Source: Spirochaetaceae bacterium
GTDB taxonomy: Bacteria; Spirochaetota; Spirochaetia; DSM-2461
NCBI GenBank assembly: GCA_965224705.1
Contig: OZ245056.1
Span: 1,248,001 to 1,312,000 of the forward strand
Direction of reading: 5' to 3'
DNA length: 64,000 nucleotides
In this document: positions 54,135-64,000 of the stretch, piece after piece
Layout of the letters: each line of letters starts with the position of its first letter
Numbering within the stretch: the stretch's first letter is position 1
Program-made: the position numbers and the translations under genes
The notes under the pieces: model-generated
Told to the model about the DNA's origin: nothing
The model's database searches: none
Seen by the model: the letters and a program-made list of their open reading frames with translations, nothing else

Positions 54135-54295
54135 GAGTCTGTCGGACTTACGCCTCACGGCTCGATTTTTGCCCTTTTTCCCTGCTGCTGCGTTGCCAAA
54201 ATACTCACGTAGCCCAGCTACGCTCCGTTTTTGTCGCCTTGCATCAGGCAAAAATCATCAAAAATCGCCTCGAAGTCTTAAAGTCCGACAGACTC
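54135..54295 (-). mobile_element. 161-bp MITE with 4-bp target duplication
   Basis: Same TIRs as the 20449 copy in inverted orientation, flanked by CTAG direct repeats. Confidence 0.92.
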
Positions 54296-54502
54296 CTAGG
54301 GACAGTATAGACATCTGGGAAGGATCGGTATCAAGGTCAGTTTCGCCATTAATCTCTAAAATACTGTTCTTTCAAGAGGTTCTGTCTGCGTGAAATGGTG
54401 AATAACCGCCGGAATCAGTACACATCCTTCTTTTTTTTCATATTTGCTTTATTCTGCTATTGCATAAAACCGAAAAGAGAAGTATCACCTGGAAATCAGA
54501 AA

Positions 54503-56035
54503 ATGCATACCATCACGGATGACGAATTCAGGCCATTAATCAAACCCCATCTCAAGGATTTCATATCCCTTTATTCAGCAATAACTCAGATGAAACCCAG
54601 GGATATACCCAGACCTCTCATTGGCCGACTGCTGCTTGAAGCATCAAAATGCGAAGAAATGCTTGATGCTTATGGAGCAATAAGAAACAAAAAATGGTCG
54701 CCGATTCGTATAGCCGTGGCAACGGCAAAATCTTTCAGCCGGGTTATCTACAATCTTTTTCATCTTCTAAGGACCTTGCCTCAGTATAAGCTCATCAACA
54801 TTGAAAGTTCATTTGCCGCATCCACAGAGAAAACCCTGGAAACCCTACTCAGTTCCATTGCTATCAATGCGGAGTGCTTTATGAGAGTGGCAGGTAAACT
54901 GCAGCTCACAGAGGATCTCTGGCCCATTGAGCATTATGGATTTCAGGATGTGACAATTCGGGGGCGGCTGAAGGCCAATCAACAGAGAAGAATTGTACAG
55001 AATCCAAAAGAAACGGCAATGTATCTGGCAACAAACATGCTCAAACTAGTTGAAAAAAGCAGCTGGCTGAATGTTTATAAAACGATGGAATCCAACAAGT
55101 ATCATGCCAGTATACCGGATGTGATAAGCGAGGAAAAACTCCGTCTGCTGGCCAATAATTTTCACAGCCTGCAATCTCTCTATGACACGTATCTTTCAGG
55201 ATCTGATATTGCAGAAAAGGATGAGAAGCTTCCTGGGATTCGAGGGAATATCTCAGTTGTGTTTCATTTGCTCGATACGGCCGTAACTCTTATTCACTTC
55301 TATGAGCGGCATGCATTAAGAAATTGGAACAGAAAGCTGCGTACTCCACTTTCCAATTCAGAACTGCTGGAAATTATTATCAGCTACTTTGTTAAAAACG
55401 CTATTCAGTTCATTTCTTCAGAGCAGAGTCTTTGTCAGGATATACTGAGAACATATTCCATTCAAAGTGAAATCAAGACGCCAATTCCCAGTTATAGGGG
55501 GTTTCATGTGCGGCCATCGACCCTCATTTCAAAAATTGTTACTCACTATGGCAGTGATGTTAAGATGATTCTGGAGACCAAGGAGTATGATGCTTCAATG
55601 CCGCTGGAATTATTCCGGGCAAACGAAGTACTCAACAAGCGTAAGCGGGATACCATTGTTCGGTATGTTATGGAACATACTCTTCTTGAAAATGAAGAGG
55701 ATGCGATATTTGATAAAACTCAAATGAAGCACTCTTTGAGAATGATTTTCTTTGATATGTTGAAGAAGCAGAGAATTATGAATTATAATAGCAATTTCAC
55801 CTTTGAGGATATAGATCCCTATGAAGATGAAACACTTGCAGAATTTGTTAAACGTGTGATCACCCGTTATTTAGCTGCTGGCAACATTGATATCATCAGC
55901 AATGATGAGGTTGTTTTCCAGGGTGATTTGCGTGTATTGGAAGACATCAAGATTTTTGCTGAAAGTGGATATGGTGAAGACAAGTTTGGAAACAATACAG
56001 TTCTGCCGGAACAGTTGTCCTACTTGAAACGGTAG
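54503..56035 (+). CDS. Large protein with a C-terminal HPr-like domain
   Basis: GFHVRPSTLISKIVTHYGSDVKM..YDAS resembles the HPr His15 region; start uncertain (54395 or 54503). Confidence 0.65.
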   Translation: MHTITDDEFRPLIKPHLKDFISLYSAITQMKPRDIPRPLIGRLLLEASKCEEMLDAYGAIRNKKWSPIRIAVATAKSFSRVIYNLFHLLRTLPQYKLINIESSFAASTEKTLETLLSSIAINAECFMRVAGKLQLTEDLWPIEHYGFQDVTIRGRLKANQQRRIVQNPKETAMYLATNMLKLVEKSSWLNVYKTMESNKYHASIPDVISEEKLRLLANNFHSLQSLYDTYLSGSDIAEKDEKLPGIRGNISVVFHLLDTAVTLIHFYERHALRNWNRKLRTPLSNSELLEIIISYFVKNAIQFISSEQSLCQDILRTYSIQSEIKTPIPSYRGFHVRPSTLISKIVTHYGSDVKMILETKEYDASMPLELFRANEVLNKRKRDTIVRYVMEHTLLENEEDAIFDKTQMKHSLRMIFFDMLKKQRIMNYNSNFTFEDIDPYEDETLAEFVKRVITRYLAAGNIDIISNDEVVFQGDLRVLEDIKIFAESGYGEDKFGNNTVLPEQLSYLKR

Positions 56036-56089
56036 CAGGATACCAACATACAATTAATTAATCGAATAAAGACTTTTTACGGAGGATAT

Positions 56090-56710
56090 ATGGAAGCAAT
56101 ATGCCTGGATCTTGAAGGAGTGCTTGTTCCAGAAATCTGGATTGCCGTGGCCTGTAAGAAACAACTGGATGAACTCAAACTCACAACGAGAGACATAGAC
56201 AACTATGATGACTTGATGAATCACAGGCTGAACATACTCCACAGGGAAGGAATACTTCTTGATGACATTCTGGAAATTATCAACGGCCTGGAGCCGCTGG
56301 ATGGTGCACTGAGATTCACGGCAGAACTGCGATCTGAAACCCAACTCATCATACTGTCGGATACATTTGAGCAATTTGCTGCCCCTCTGTTAAAAAAACT
56401 TGATCGGCCCAGCCTGTTCTGCAATACACTTGAGATCGACAAAAATGGGCGGATCGTCGGATACAAGCTCCGGCAGCAGGATGGTAAACGCAGGGCTGTT
56501 GAGGCCTTCCGGAGCATGGGGCTTCGTGTTTTTGCTGCCGGGGATTCCTACAACGATGTATCCATGCTTCAAGCCGCTCACACCGGGATGTTTTTTCGAG
56601 CACCGAAATCAATCAGAGAGCAGTACCCTCAATTCCTCGGCACGGATAGTTATGAGGAACTCCTGGCAGGAATCCGGAAATTCTGTCGGTCAAAGCCCGA
56701 AACTGAGTGA
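56090..56710 (+). CDS. thrH: Phosphoserine phosphatase/homoserine phosphotransferase
   Basis: CLDLEGVLVPEIW, ILSDTF and AAGDSYND motifs. Confidence 0.92.
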   Translation: MEAICLDLEGVLVPEIWIAVACKKQLDELKLTTRDIDNYDDLMNHRLNILHREGILLDDILEIINGLEPLDGALRFTAELRSETQLIILSDTFEQFAAPLLKKLDRPSLFCNTLEIDKNGRIVGYKLRQQDGKRRAVEAFRSMGLRVFAAGDSYNDVSMLQAAHTGMFFRAPKSIREQYPQFLGTDSYEELLAGIRKFCRSKPETE

Positions 56711-56821
56711 ATCAGGGATTTCGGCACGATAGTCAAGGAACATCAAGAAGAGATTTTCGCCTGCCTGCTGCAGGCAGATCGATAAAGGCCGTGATTGCCT
56801 TCCGATTCATAACCCGGAAAA

Positions 56822-58387
56822 TCAGATTGAGAATCTGCCCTGCCTGGCCAGGTAGAGAGCTATCATCCGGGCAGAAACGGTTCGGCTGGATTCAGATGAG
56901 ATATAGCAGGGGATTTCCGGGAAATCAGTGAACTCATAGGAACTCCGAAGTCCCACCACGACCAGTTTATCCCGAACATCACGAGCCATTGTGTGCACCA
57001 TGCGGTGTTGAGCTATTTTGTCGAAGTCTTCACCCGGCAATGGATAGTCTTCTGTAACCAGGAGAATCCGGTCGAAGCGGGAAGTATCCGGCGGTTCTTC
57101 GCAGGCATGGATTTGAACGTTTGGGAAATAGGTTCCTAATTCCCGGGCAAAAGAATCAAAGGCTGGCTCTTTCTGATTCGGTCCAATACCCCGCCTGTTG
57201 ATAAGACGGTTGTAGGACTTTCGCGGTGCGGCACTGACAACAGCCATCCGCATATCGCTGGAAAGAGGAAGGAGATTCATCCTGTTTCGCAGGACCCGGA
57301 TAGCTGCAAATGCCGCACTCTCAGCGATTTCCTGTTTCCCCTGATCAGAGAAAATTGCCGTGGGGTTTTTGAATCTTTCCTGCTTGAATTTGAAGATTCT
57401 TGACAGTCTTTCATGGATAATGTTCAGGGAAATACGATTGTTTCTAACAGCTTCAATGATACTCTCAATGGAAGCGATCTGTTTGTCCAGATAGTCTTCG
57501 GAGTGTTCGTAGTGTTCCTCTGAGAGCATTATAAGGTCTGCCCCGGCTTCCAGAGCTTTCAAGGTGGCCTCCGCCGGTGAATAGTTTTTCCGCATGGCTC
57601 CCATATTCATGCTGTCTGTGATGATCAGCCCGGTGAATCCCATCTGGTTACGAAGTAAATCGGTAAGGATTGTTTTAGACAGAGTCGCGGGATTACAGGA
57701 GTCAAGCTGGGGGAAGAGAATATGACTTGTCATGATCATGTCCACACCGGCATCTATGGCAGCCTGAAACGGTAGAAGCTCATTCTCTTTCAATTCCTCT
57801 ATGGACTTGTCTACGACGGGAATATCCCTATGGGTATCGTCCTGGGTGTCTCCATGCCCTGGGAAGTGCTTGGCTGTGGCTATTCCCCCATGATCTTTGA
57901 TTCCACGAACGGCGTGTTCGACATGGTGCCCCACCGCCTGAGGGTCTGTCCCGAAGGAGCGGGTTCCTATGATGGGGTTATTGGGATTGAGATTCACATC
58001 GGCACAGGGACCAAGAATGGTCTGATAACCCACCGCTCCCATCTCTTCTGCAAATACTCCGTACATCCTATAGGTTCGCCCAGGATCATCACCAACACCC
58101 AGAGCCAGGTTTCCCGGTCCGGTCACGGAATTCGGCACCAGAACTCCCCAGGCACCTTCCTGGTCCACTCCCAACAAAAGAGGAACTCGTGCTGCTTCTT
58201 GAAGAGCGGTACTCAGTCTACGTGCTCCTTCAAAGGTTTCAGCATTATCCTGGCTTATGTAACAGCCTCCTATTTGATACTTCTGTATCAGGGGGACAAT
58301 TTTTTCCGGGTCATCACCGGGAAATGCAAGTATGAAAAGTTGTCCAACTTTCTGGGAAAGGGGAAGATCCTGCCAGGGTTCCATCAT
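56822..58387 (-). CDS. GH3 glycoside hydrolase (NagZ-like)
   Basis: VDQEG, KHFPGHGDTQDDTH and ITDSMNM motifs. Confidence 0.88.
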   Translation of the reverse strand: MMEPWQDLPLSQKVGQLFILAFPGDDPEKIVPLIQKYQIGGCYISQDNAETFEGARRLSTALQEAARVPLLLGVDQEGAWGVLVPNSVTGPGNLALGVGDDPGRTYRMYGVFAEEMGAVGYQTILGPCADVNLNPNNPIIGTRSFGTDPQAVGHHVEHAVRGIKDHGGIATAKHFPGHGDTQDDTHRDIPVVDKSIEELKENELLPFQAAIDAGVDMIMTSHILFPQLDSCNPATLSKTILTDLLRNQMGFTGLIITDSMNMGAMRKNYSPAEATLKALEAGADLIMLSEEHYEHSEDYLDKQIASIESIIEAVRNNRISLNIIHERLSRIFKFKQERFKNPTAIFSDQGKQEIAESAAFAAIRVLRNRMNLLPLSSDMRMAVVSAAPRKSYNRLINRRGIGPNQKEPAFDSFARELGTYFPNVQIHACEEPPDTSRFDRILLVTEDYPLPGEDFDKIAQHRMVHTMARDVRDKLVVVGLRSSYEFTDFPEIPCYISSESSRTVSARMIALYLARQGRFSI

Positions 58388-59361
58388 CGACCACTCCTTT
58401 GTCCGCTCTTCATCATGATGGTGACTGAAAGGATGATGATAACACCGCGGAAGATGAGTTGACTATCGGGTTTGAGATTCATAAGCACCAGGCCCGTATT
58501 GATCATGCCCATGAGAAGGGCCCCCACAACGGAACCTAGAATCCTGCCCTTTCCGCCAAAAAGACTGGTGCCGCCGATAATGACGGCCGAAATCACCACC
58601 ATTAGATCATTTTCTCCCAGCGTATACCGGGCCCCCTGGAGCCGTCCGGCATAGAGGATGCCGGAGAACGAGGCCAGAACAGCGTTAAGTATGAAAACCT
58701 TCAGTTTCACACGCTTAACTTGAATGCCGGAATAGATCGCCGATACGCCGTTGCCTCCTGTAGCCAGAACTTCTCTACCAAAGGGAGTTCTATTGAGCAA
58801 AAGGAATCCAAATCCTGTCACGATCAGGGTCCAGAGGAAAAGAATCGGCACCACTCCCAGATCCCCTCCGCCGAAGATGAAGGCGAAAACGTCATTGTCG
58901 ATTGGTATGGACTGGAGTTGAGTGACCCATCGCGCAGTTCCGGTTACTATACCCATCATTCCCAGAGTCACCAGAAAACTGGGAATCCCCACATAGCCAA
59001 CAAATACTCCGTTTATCCCCCCCACCAGGAGTCCTACCAGCAATCCAACTGAAACAGCCAGGAATACACTCTGAGTCCCGCGAAGTGCCAGGGCCGTCAA
59101 CACGGCAGAAAGTGCGACGGTCGATCCGAAGGAAAGATCAATTTCTGCGGATGAAAGAACAAAGGTCATACCAACCGACATAATGGCAATCATCGCTGTC
59201 TGACGAGCAATATTCATAAGATTCTGGGGCTTTAGAAACCCCCTGCCGGAAAGTGTCACTGCAAAAAGTATAAAAATCCCCGCAAAAACAAAATAGATAA
59301 CAAATTCACTCCATTCAATTCTCTGACGCCGACTTAACTCCTGCTGCATAGCCCCTCCCAA
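58384..59361 (-). CDS. Ribose-type sugar ABC permease
   Basis: EIDLSFGS, IPSFLVTLG and VIIGGTSLFGGKG motifs. Confidence 0.9.
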   Translation of the reverse strand: MGGAMQQELSRRQRIEWSEFVIYFVFAGIFILFAVTLSGRGFLKPQNLMNIARQTAMIAIMSVGMTFVLSSAEIDLSFGSTVALSAVLTALALRGTQSVFLAVSVGLLVGLLVGGINGVFVGYVGIPSFLVTLGMMGIVTGTARWVTQLQSIPIDNDVFAFIFGGGDLGVVPILFLWTLIVTGFGFLLLNRTPFGREVLATGGNGVSAIYSGIQVKRVKLKVFILNAVLASFSGILYAGRLQGARYTLGENDLMVVISAVIIGGTSLFGGKGRILGSVVGALLMGMINTGLVLMNLKPDSQLIFRGVIIILSVTIMMKSGQRSGR

Positions 59362-59365
59362 ACGC

Positions 59366-60862
59366 CTACTGAACTGCTTCCAGAAGCTGATTTTCCGATA
59401 GAGCCGTATCCGACAATTCCTGTACTATCTTCCCTTTTTTCACGATATAAGTCCTATCACAAAAACTTGCGATCTCCTTGAACTCCGAAGAGACAAATAC
59501 GGCTCCATGACCTTTTGTTACATAATCTCTCACCAGAGCCATTATCTCCGCCTTTGAATGTATATCAATCCCAAAAGTCGGATCGTCCAGCAGAATAATC
59601 GATGAGTTGGCAGCAAGACACTTTGCAATAACAACCTTCTGTTGATTTCCCCCCGAGAGGAAACGCACGATCTGGTGTCCTCCGGTGGCTTTTATCTGAA
59701 ACTTCTCAATGTATGCTTCAGAAATGCTCTGCTCTTTCTTGAAGTCGAGGAATCCCCGGGAGCATATTCTTTTCAGAATTGAAACCACCATGTTGCAGCG
59801 GATGCTGAAATCCAGAACCAGTCCCTGGAGTCTGCGTTCTTCAGGCACCAGACTTATCCCGCAAGCGATTGCATGATGGGGAGAACGAATCCATTGTTCT
59901 TCCCCCTTAATAAGAATTCTTCCGCCCGTCACAGAATCTATTCCATAAATGGCCCGGAGAATTTCCGTCCGCCCACTTCCCAGCAGTCCCGCAAGTCCCA
60001 CGACTTCCCCTGGGTTCACAACGAGGCTGACATCGTGGATGTGCCGGGTAGAAACCTTATCCAGGACAAGAAGCGGCTGGGCATCGGAGGACCGATGGCT
60101 GTGTGTCCATTCGCTCCGCTTTTCATCCCTCCCAAGCATACCCGACACTATTTCGCTTATGGATGTTTCCCCGGTATTTTTTGTAAAGATGTATTTTCCG
60201 TTTCTCAGTATCGTTACCCGGTCACAGATTTTTATGATGTCTTCCAGGTAATGAGTTATGTATATGATGGCAATGCCCTTTTTGCGAAGTTCCCTCACCG
60301 CTTGAAAGAGCACTTCAATCTCGATATTGGAGAGAGAGGCTGTTGGTTCGTCAAGAATAAGGATTTTTGGATTCCTTGAGATGGCCTTGGCTATTTCAAC
60401 GATCTGACACTCCCCCATGCTGAGGCGATCAACCATAGTTGAGGGGGGAATTGACCCAACACCCAGTGCTGCAAGAAGTTCGGCAGCCCTTTCAATTTCC
60501 CCCTTCTCGTCGATAAGTCCAAAACTTTTACAGGGTTGGTAGGACAGGAAGATGTTTTTCGCTACCGTCAGAGTTCCTACAAGACTCAGATCCTGGTAAA
60601 CCATCGCCACACCCTGATCAAAAGCCTCCTGGGGGGAGAAACTATTCAGGAACGGGTTTCCATAGAAGCTCATGGTACCGGTGTCCGGTTGATAGACACC
60701 GGTAATTATTTTCATAAGGGTCGATTTTCCCGCACCGTTGGCACCGACAATACCGTGGACTTCTCCCGGCTCCAGCTGGAACTCGACATCCTCAAGAACC
60801 TGAACTCCGCTGAACGAAATCCCGATTCCCTGCATTGTCAGGGCGGGAGCAGACACGCCCAT
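59366..60862 (-). CDS. Ribose-type sugar ABC ATPase (two NBDs)
   Basis: GANGAGKST, LDEPT, GLLGSGRTE and LSGGNQQKV motifs. Confidence 0.92.
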   Translation of the reverse strand: MGVSAPALTMQGIGISFSGVQVLEDVEFQLEPGEVHGIVGANGAGKSTLMKIITGVYQPDTGTMSFYGNPFLNSFSPQEAFDQGVAMVYQDLSLVGTLTVAKNIFLSYQPCKSFGLIDEKGEIERAAELLAALGVGSIPPSTMVDRLSMGECQIVEIAKAISRNPKILILDEPTASLSNIEIEVLFQAVRELRKKGIAIIYITHYLEDIIKICDRVTILRNGKYIFTKNTGETSISEIVSGMLGRDEKRSEWTHSHRSSDAQPLLVLDKVSTRHIHDVSLVVNPGEVVGLAGLLGSGRTEILRAIYGIDSVTGGRILIKGEEQWIRSPHHAIACGISLVPEERRLQGLVLDFSIRCNMVVSILKRICSRGFLDFKKEQSISEAYIEKFQIKATGGHQIVRFLSGGNQQKVVIAKCLAANSSIILLDDPTFGIDIHSKAEIMALVRDYVTKGHGAVFVSSEFKEIASFCDRTYIVKKGKIVQELSDTALSENQLLEAVQ

Positions 60863-60863
60863 A

Positions 60864-61964
60864 TCAGCGATTAAGGGCCCTGTCTACTTCTTCCGGCAAT
60901 GGCCGTCTCAAAGATTCCTGCCACTTCGTTTTGAGATTCTCTCTGGTAACCGATGTGGCCGGCACCGTAACAAAGGGCGGCGTTTTCTGATCCAGGGCAT
61001 CCAGGGCTCCTATTTTGGCGGCCGTAGCACCTAACTCGTAAGGGAGATCCGCAACGGTTCCAACCAGATTGCCATTTTTTGCCATATCAAGGGCGTTCGT
61101 CTCACCAAGATCCATCGTGAAAACCATGAGATCTGATCGATTAGAAGAACGGGCGGCTGCGATAACACCCTCAGCGATTTGATCCCAGGGAGCATAAATC
61201 GCCTGTACTTCGGGATGCTGGGTCAGTATTGCAGAAGCAATCGTCTCTCCATCCGAGGGATTGGCGATACCTGTTTCCTTAAGAATTTCAATGCCGGGGT
61301 ACTTACTTCTTAACACCGTTGCCACAGCCTGATCCCGCTGGTTCGTCACATAGTAATCGGCATCGTGATACAGCAGTGCGACCTTGCCCCGGCCATTCAT
61401 TTTGGAGTTCATAAGGTCAGCCACAAGTTTACCCATGCCAAAGAGATCGTCCGTCACCACAGAAGCGTAGTCCTGGCCATGAACAAAGTCCTTGGGCAGG
61501 TTGCTGATAAGAACGATACTTGTCCCCGACTCTATCACCGGGCGAAGAGCCGCCGCACCCGAGACGGCATCAACAATGAGCGTAACAATGATATCGACTT
61601 CTAAAACGGCGGCTGATTCGATGTCGGAACGCTGCTGATTTGCGTCAAAACCCGCTTCCGTCACCAGGACAACCTCAATACCCAGATCCTCAAAAGTTTC
61701 ACGAGCCCCCATGGTGAGAGAATTCGTGAAGTCGGCACTAACGTGCATGAGGATGGCGGCCTTCAGGCCCATCCCTCTCACCTTCGTCTTTTGGTCATCG
61801 GAAAGTACAATTGTGTCATATGAAACGGGTTTGTTCCCAGCCGGGCCGATGGTGCTCAAGACGGCTTCCGGTGCGGCTTCCGTATCCACATCCGGCTGAG
61901 GCCCTGCGATTATCGGCATCCCGACAATACATAAAACCAATCCAACTAATACAAGATTTTTCAT
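60864..61964 (-). CDS. Sugar ABC substrate-binding protein
   Basis: Signal peptide, periplasmic binding protein type I pattern, AGGAGG RBS, and first position in the ABC operon. Confidence 0.85.
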   Translation of the reverse strand: MKNLVLVGLVLCIVGMPIIAGPQPDVDTEAAPEAVLSTIGPAGNKPVSYDTIVLSDDQKTKVRGMGLKAAILMHVSADFTNSLTMGARETFEDLGIEVVLVTEAGFDANQQRSDIESAAVLEVDIIVTLIVDAVSGAAALRPVIESGTSIVLISNLPKDFVHGQDYASVVTDDLFGMGKLVADLMNSKMNGRGKVALLYHDADYYVTNQRDQAVATVLRSKYPGIEILKETGIANPSDGETIASAILTQHPEVQAIYAPWDQIAEGVIAAARSSNRSDLMVFTMDLGETNALDMAKNGNLVGTVADLPYELGATAAKIGALDALDQKTPPFVTVPATSVTRENLKTKWQESLRRPLPEEVDRALNR

Positions 61965-62217
61965 CTTTCTCCTCCTAAAATATTCTTACCCTGTATTCGA
62001 CATAAAAAATACCGGGAGTCCCAACCGGATGGAGCCTCCGTTTCAACCGATATTTTTTAGATTCATAAAACTCTGATTTCATCTTGACTTCCGGCATGTA
62101 TTCAGAATGTGCCACTGAATTCTCTTCCCTGGATTTTTAATCCAGCTAAACAGTTTCATAAAGGTTGCACAATAGTGAATTCTTGTCAAGAGAAGGACAC
62201 AAAGTCAGTAATGAGTG

Positions 62218-63054
62218 TTATACCCGCCGTCGTTTTTTAATACGACCTCTCTGTAACCGGACAATGACAGTGCAGATGAGAAACATTATGGACAGAGCCA
62301 GAACAATGGTTGGCCCGGATGCCATGTCAGCATAGAAGGACGCATAGAAACCAGTCAGTGTTGCCAGAACAGCCATCAATAGCGACAGACCAATGATTGT
62401 CGTCAATCTCCGTGAAATCAATGATGCTGCCGCTCCCGGGGTTACAAGGAGGGCAAGAACAAGAACCACTCCCACTGTTTGAATGGCTGCTACAGTTGTA
62501 AGAGCCAGTAAGCCGAGAATGAGATAGCGTACCAGTTCCGGTGATAAACCGATTGACATTGCATAGGTCGGGTCGAAGGATGCGGCTGTGATTTCCTTAT
62601 GGCACAGTAACAGTGTTCCGGTCACTGTAAGTGTCACAGCTCCCATAAGAAGGAGATCCCTGGCTGATATACCCAGGATGTTGCCGAATAAAATGTGACG
62701 GAGATCGCTGAAAGTAGCGATACGTCCCAGCAGGAGCAAGCCAAGGGCGAAGAAACCTGCAAAAACCACTCCGATAGCAGCATCCTCATTCAGTTTCCCC
62801 TGCCGGGCGATGAATCCAATGCCAAGCACTGCCAGGGTCGCCGCTGTTAATGCTCCCCAGAACAAACTGATGCCCAGCACATAAGCAAGAACGATGCCCG
62901 GAAGCACAGCGTGAGAGAGAGCATCTCCCATGTAAGACATGCCTCGCCAGACTACAAACGCACTGAGAGAGGCACATGCAAGGGCCACCAGTAAGCCGCC
63001 AGCCAGACCACGCAGGAGAAGGGTTCCCTTCAAAGGTTCAATTAAGAATTCCAT
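62218..63054 (-). CDS. Mn/Zn/Fe ABC permease
   Basis: GDALSHAVLPG, ILFGNIL and QTVGVVLV motifs. Confidence 0.92.
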   Translation of the reverse strand: MEFLIEPLKGTLLLRGLAGGLLVALACASLSAFVVWRGMSYMGDALSHAVLPGIVLAYVLGISLFWGALTAATLAVLGIGFIARQGKLNEDAAIGVVFAGFFALGLLLLGRIATFSDLRHILFGNILGISARDLLLMGAVTLTVTGTLLLCHKEITAASFDPTYAMSIGLSPELVRYLILGLLALTTVAAIQTVGVVLVLALLVTPGAAASLISRRLTTIIGLSLLMAVLATLTGFYASFYADMASGPTIVLALSIMFLICTVIVRLQRGRIKKRRRV

Positions 63055-63854
63055 GGATGATAGTTTTTGTGGAATTCAAAGCCATAGGCTCTGGCAATGG
63101 TTTCGGGTGTGAGTACCTGGCCGGGTGTACCGTCGGCAATAATACGCTTATCCAGAAAAACGGCCCGGGTGAAATGGTTCGGAAGGACTCCCAGGTCGTG
63201 AGTAGAGACAATCACGGCCTTACCCTGAATTGTAAGCCGTTCCAGAGTGTGGTAAATGAGCTCCTGTGTGGAGATGTCCACGTGGTTCAGCGGCTCATCC
63301 AGCAGAAGAAGGTCGGCGTCATGGGCCAGTGTTCGGGCCAGCATAACTCTCTGCTGCTCCCCCCCCGACAATTGACCAACCTGTCTGTTAACCAGATGCA
63401 TGATGCCCATGGCCTCAAGAGCAGAATCGACAGCTGTCTCATCCTCAGGGCGGGGGTTTTTGAACCAGCCAAGATGAACGTAGCGGCCCATCATAACAAC
63501 CTGTCTGACACTGACTGGAAACTTCCAGTCCACCCTGGATCGCTGAGGAACCATCGCCACTCTGTGCAGACAATCGGCGGCAGGATGACCATAGACACTG
63601 ATTAAGCCCTTAAATTGTTTCTCAATACCTGGAATAAGATTCAGAATTGTTGACTTGCCCGCACCATTCGGCCCCACAAGAGCAACTCTTTCACCAGGCT
63701 GGACAACAAAGTCGATTTGCTCCAGAGCATCCTCATCGGCTGCTGGGTAGCGGAAGCTTACACCTCTGCATTCCAGGGCTGGACTGTGGGGTTGTGTGGG
63801 TAGATCACACTGACCGCCATAGAAAAATCGGGGTAGTGCCACTTCAAGAACCAT
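63042..63854 (-). CDS. Mn/Zn/Fe ABC ATPase
   Basis: GPNGAGKST, VPQR..VDW.FP, LSGGEQQR and LDEP motifs. Confidence 0.92.
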   Translation of the reverse strand: MVLEVALPRFFYGGQCDLPTQPHSPALECRGVSFRYPAADEDALEQIDFVVQPGERVALVGPNGAGKSTILNLIPGIEKQFKGLISVYGHPAADCLHRVAMVPQRSRVDWKFPVSVRQVVMMGRYVHLGWFKNPRPEDETAVDSALEAMGIMHLVNRQVGQLSGGEQQRVMLARTLAHDADLLLLDEPLNHVDISTQELIYHTLERLTIQGKAVIVSTHDLGVLPNHFTRAVFLDKRIIADGTPGQVLTPETIARAYGFEFHKNYHPWNS

Positions 63855-64000
63855 CTCCAGTACCCGAAACCCCAGGGGTCAGTGCCTCAACAATGAGTTC
63901 GGTGTTATAGAGCATCAGATCCAGGTAGTCATCTCCCCTCTCTCCCTCATGGGCCAGGGCACCGGTGTTCAGGATAACCACAGAAAGATTTTGTGTATCA
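63844..64000 (-). CDS. Metal ABC substrate-binding protein (TroA/ZnuA type), C-terminal fragment at the window edge
   Basis: Manual translation ...LNTGALAHEGERGDDYLDLMLYNTELIVEAL...* overlaps the ATPase start. Confidence 0.75.
   Translation of the reverse strand, partial: DTQNLSVVILNTGALAHEGERGDDYLDLMLYNTELIVEALTPGVSGTGDGS

Overview
Bacterial chromosomal window, probably from a spirochaete (inferred from the divergent gyrBA/dnaA layout and the lipoprotein signal peptides). It spans the replication origin. The right half (~36-64 kb) is mostly housekeeping: gyrA carrying a perfect parS, gyrB, dnaA and an oriC with DnaA boxes and DnaA-trios but no downstream dnaN. It also holds an RND efflux pair, malQ, a macrodomain gene, tRNA-Ala, cheR-cheB, tRNA-Arg, argH, an HPr-domain protein, thrH, a GH3 gene and sugar/metal ABC transporters. 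The left half (1-36 kb) is an accessory/defence mosaic. It holds an Eco57I-like methyltransferase operon (HTH-ImmA, PIN, DprA-like), IS630/IS5/IS3 remnants, a MITE family, a serpin lipoprotein and a multicopper oxidase. It also holds a frameshifted LRR-Roc-COR-TIR gene with 14 near-identical 138-bp repeats, a dpp operon bracketed by Rpn remnants, and a frameshifted Ig-repeat lipoprotein. The best candidate for an undescribed system is a translationally coupled ABC-type ATPase + PIN-like + RNA ligase cassette (33261-35874) lying behind a probable BREX-3 methylase remnant. All family calls come from motif recognition by eye; no searches were run.
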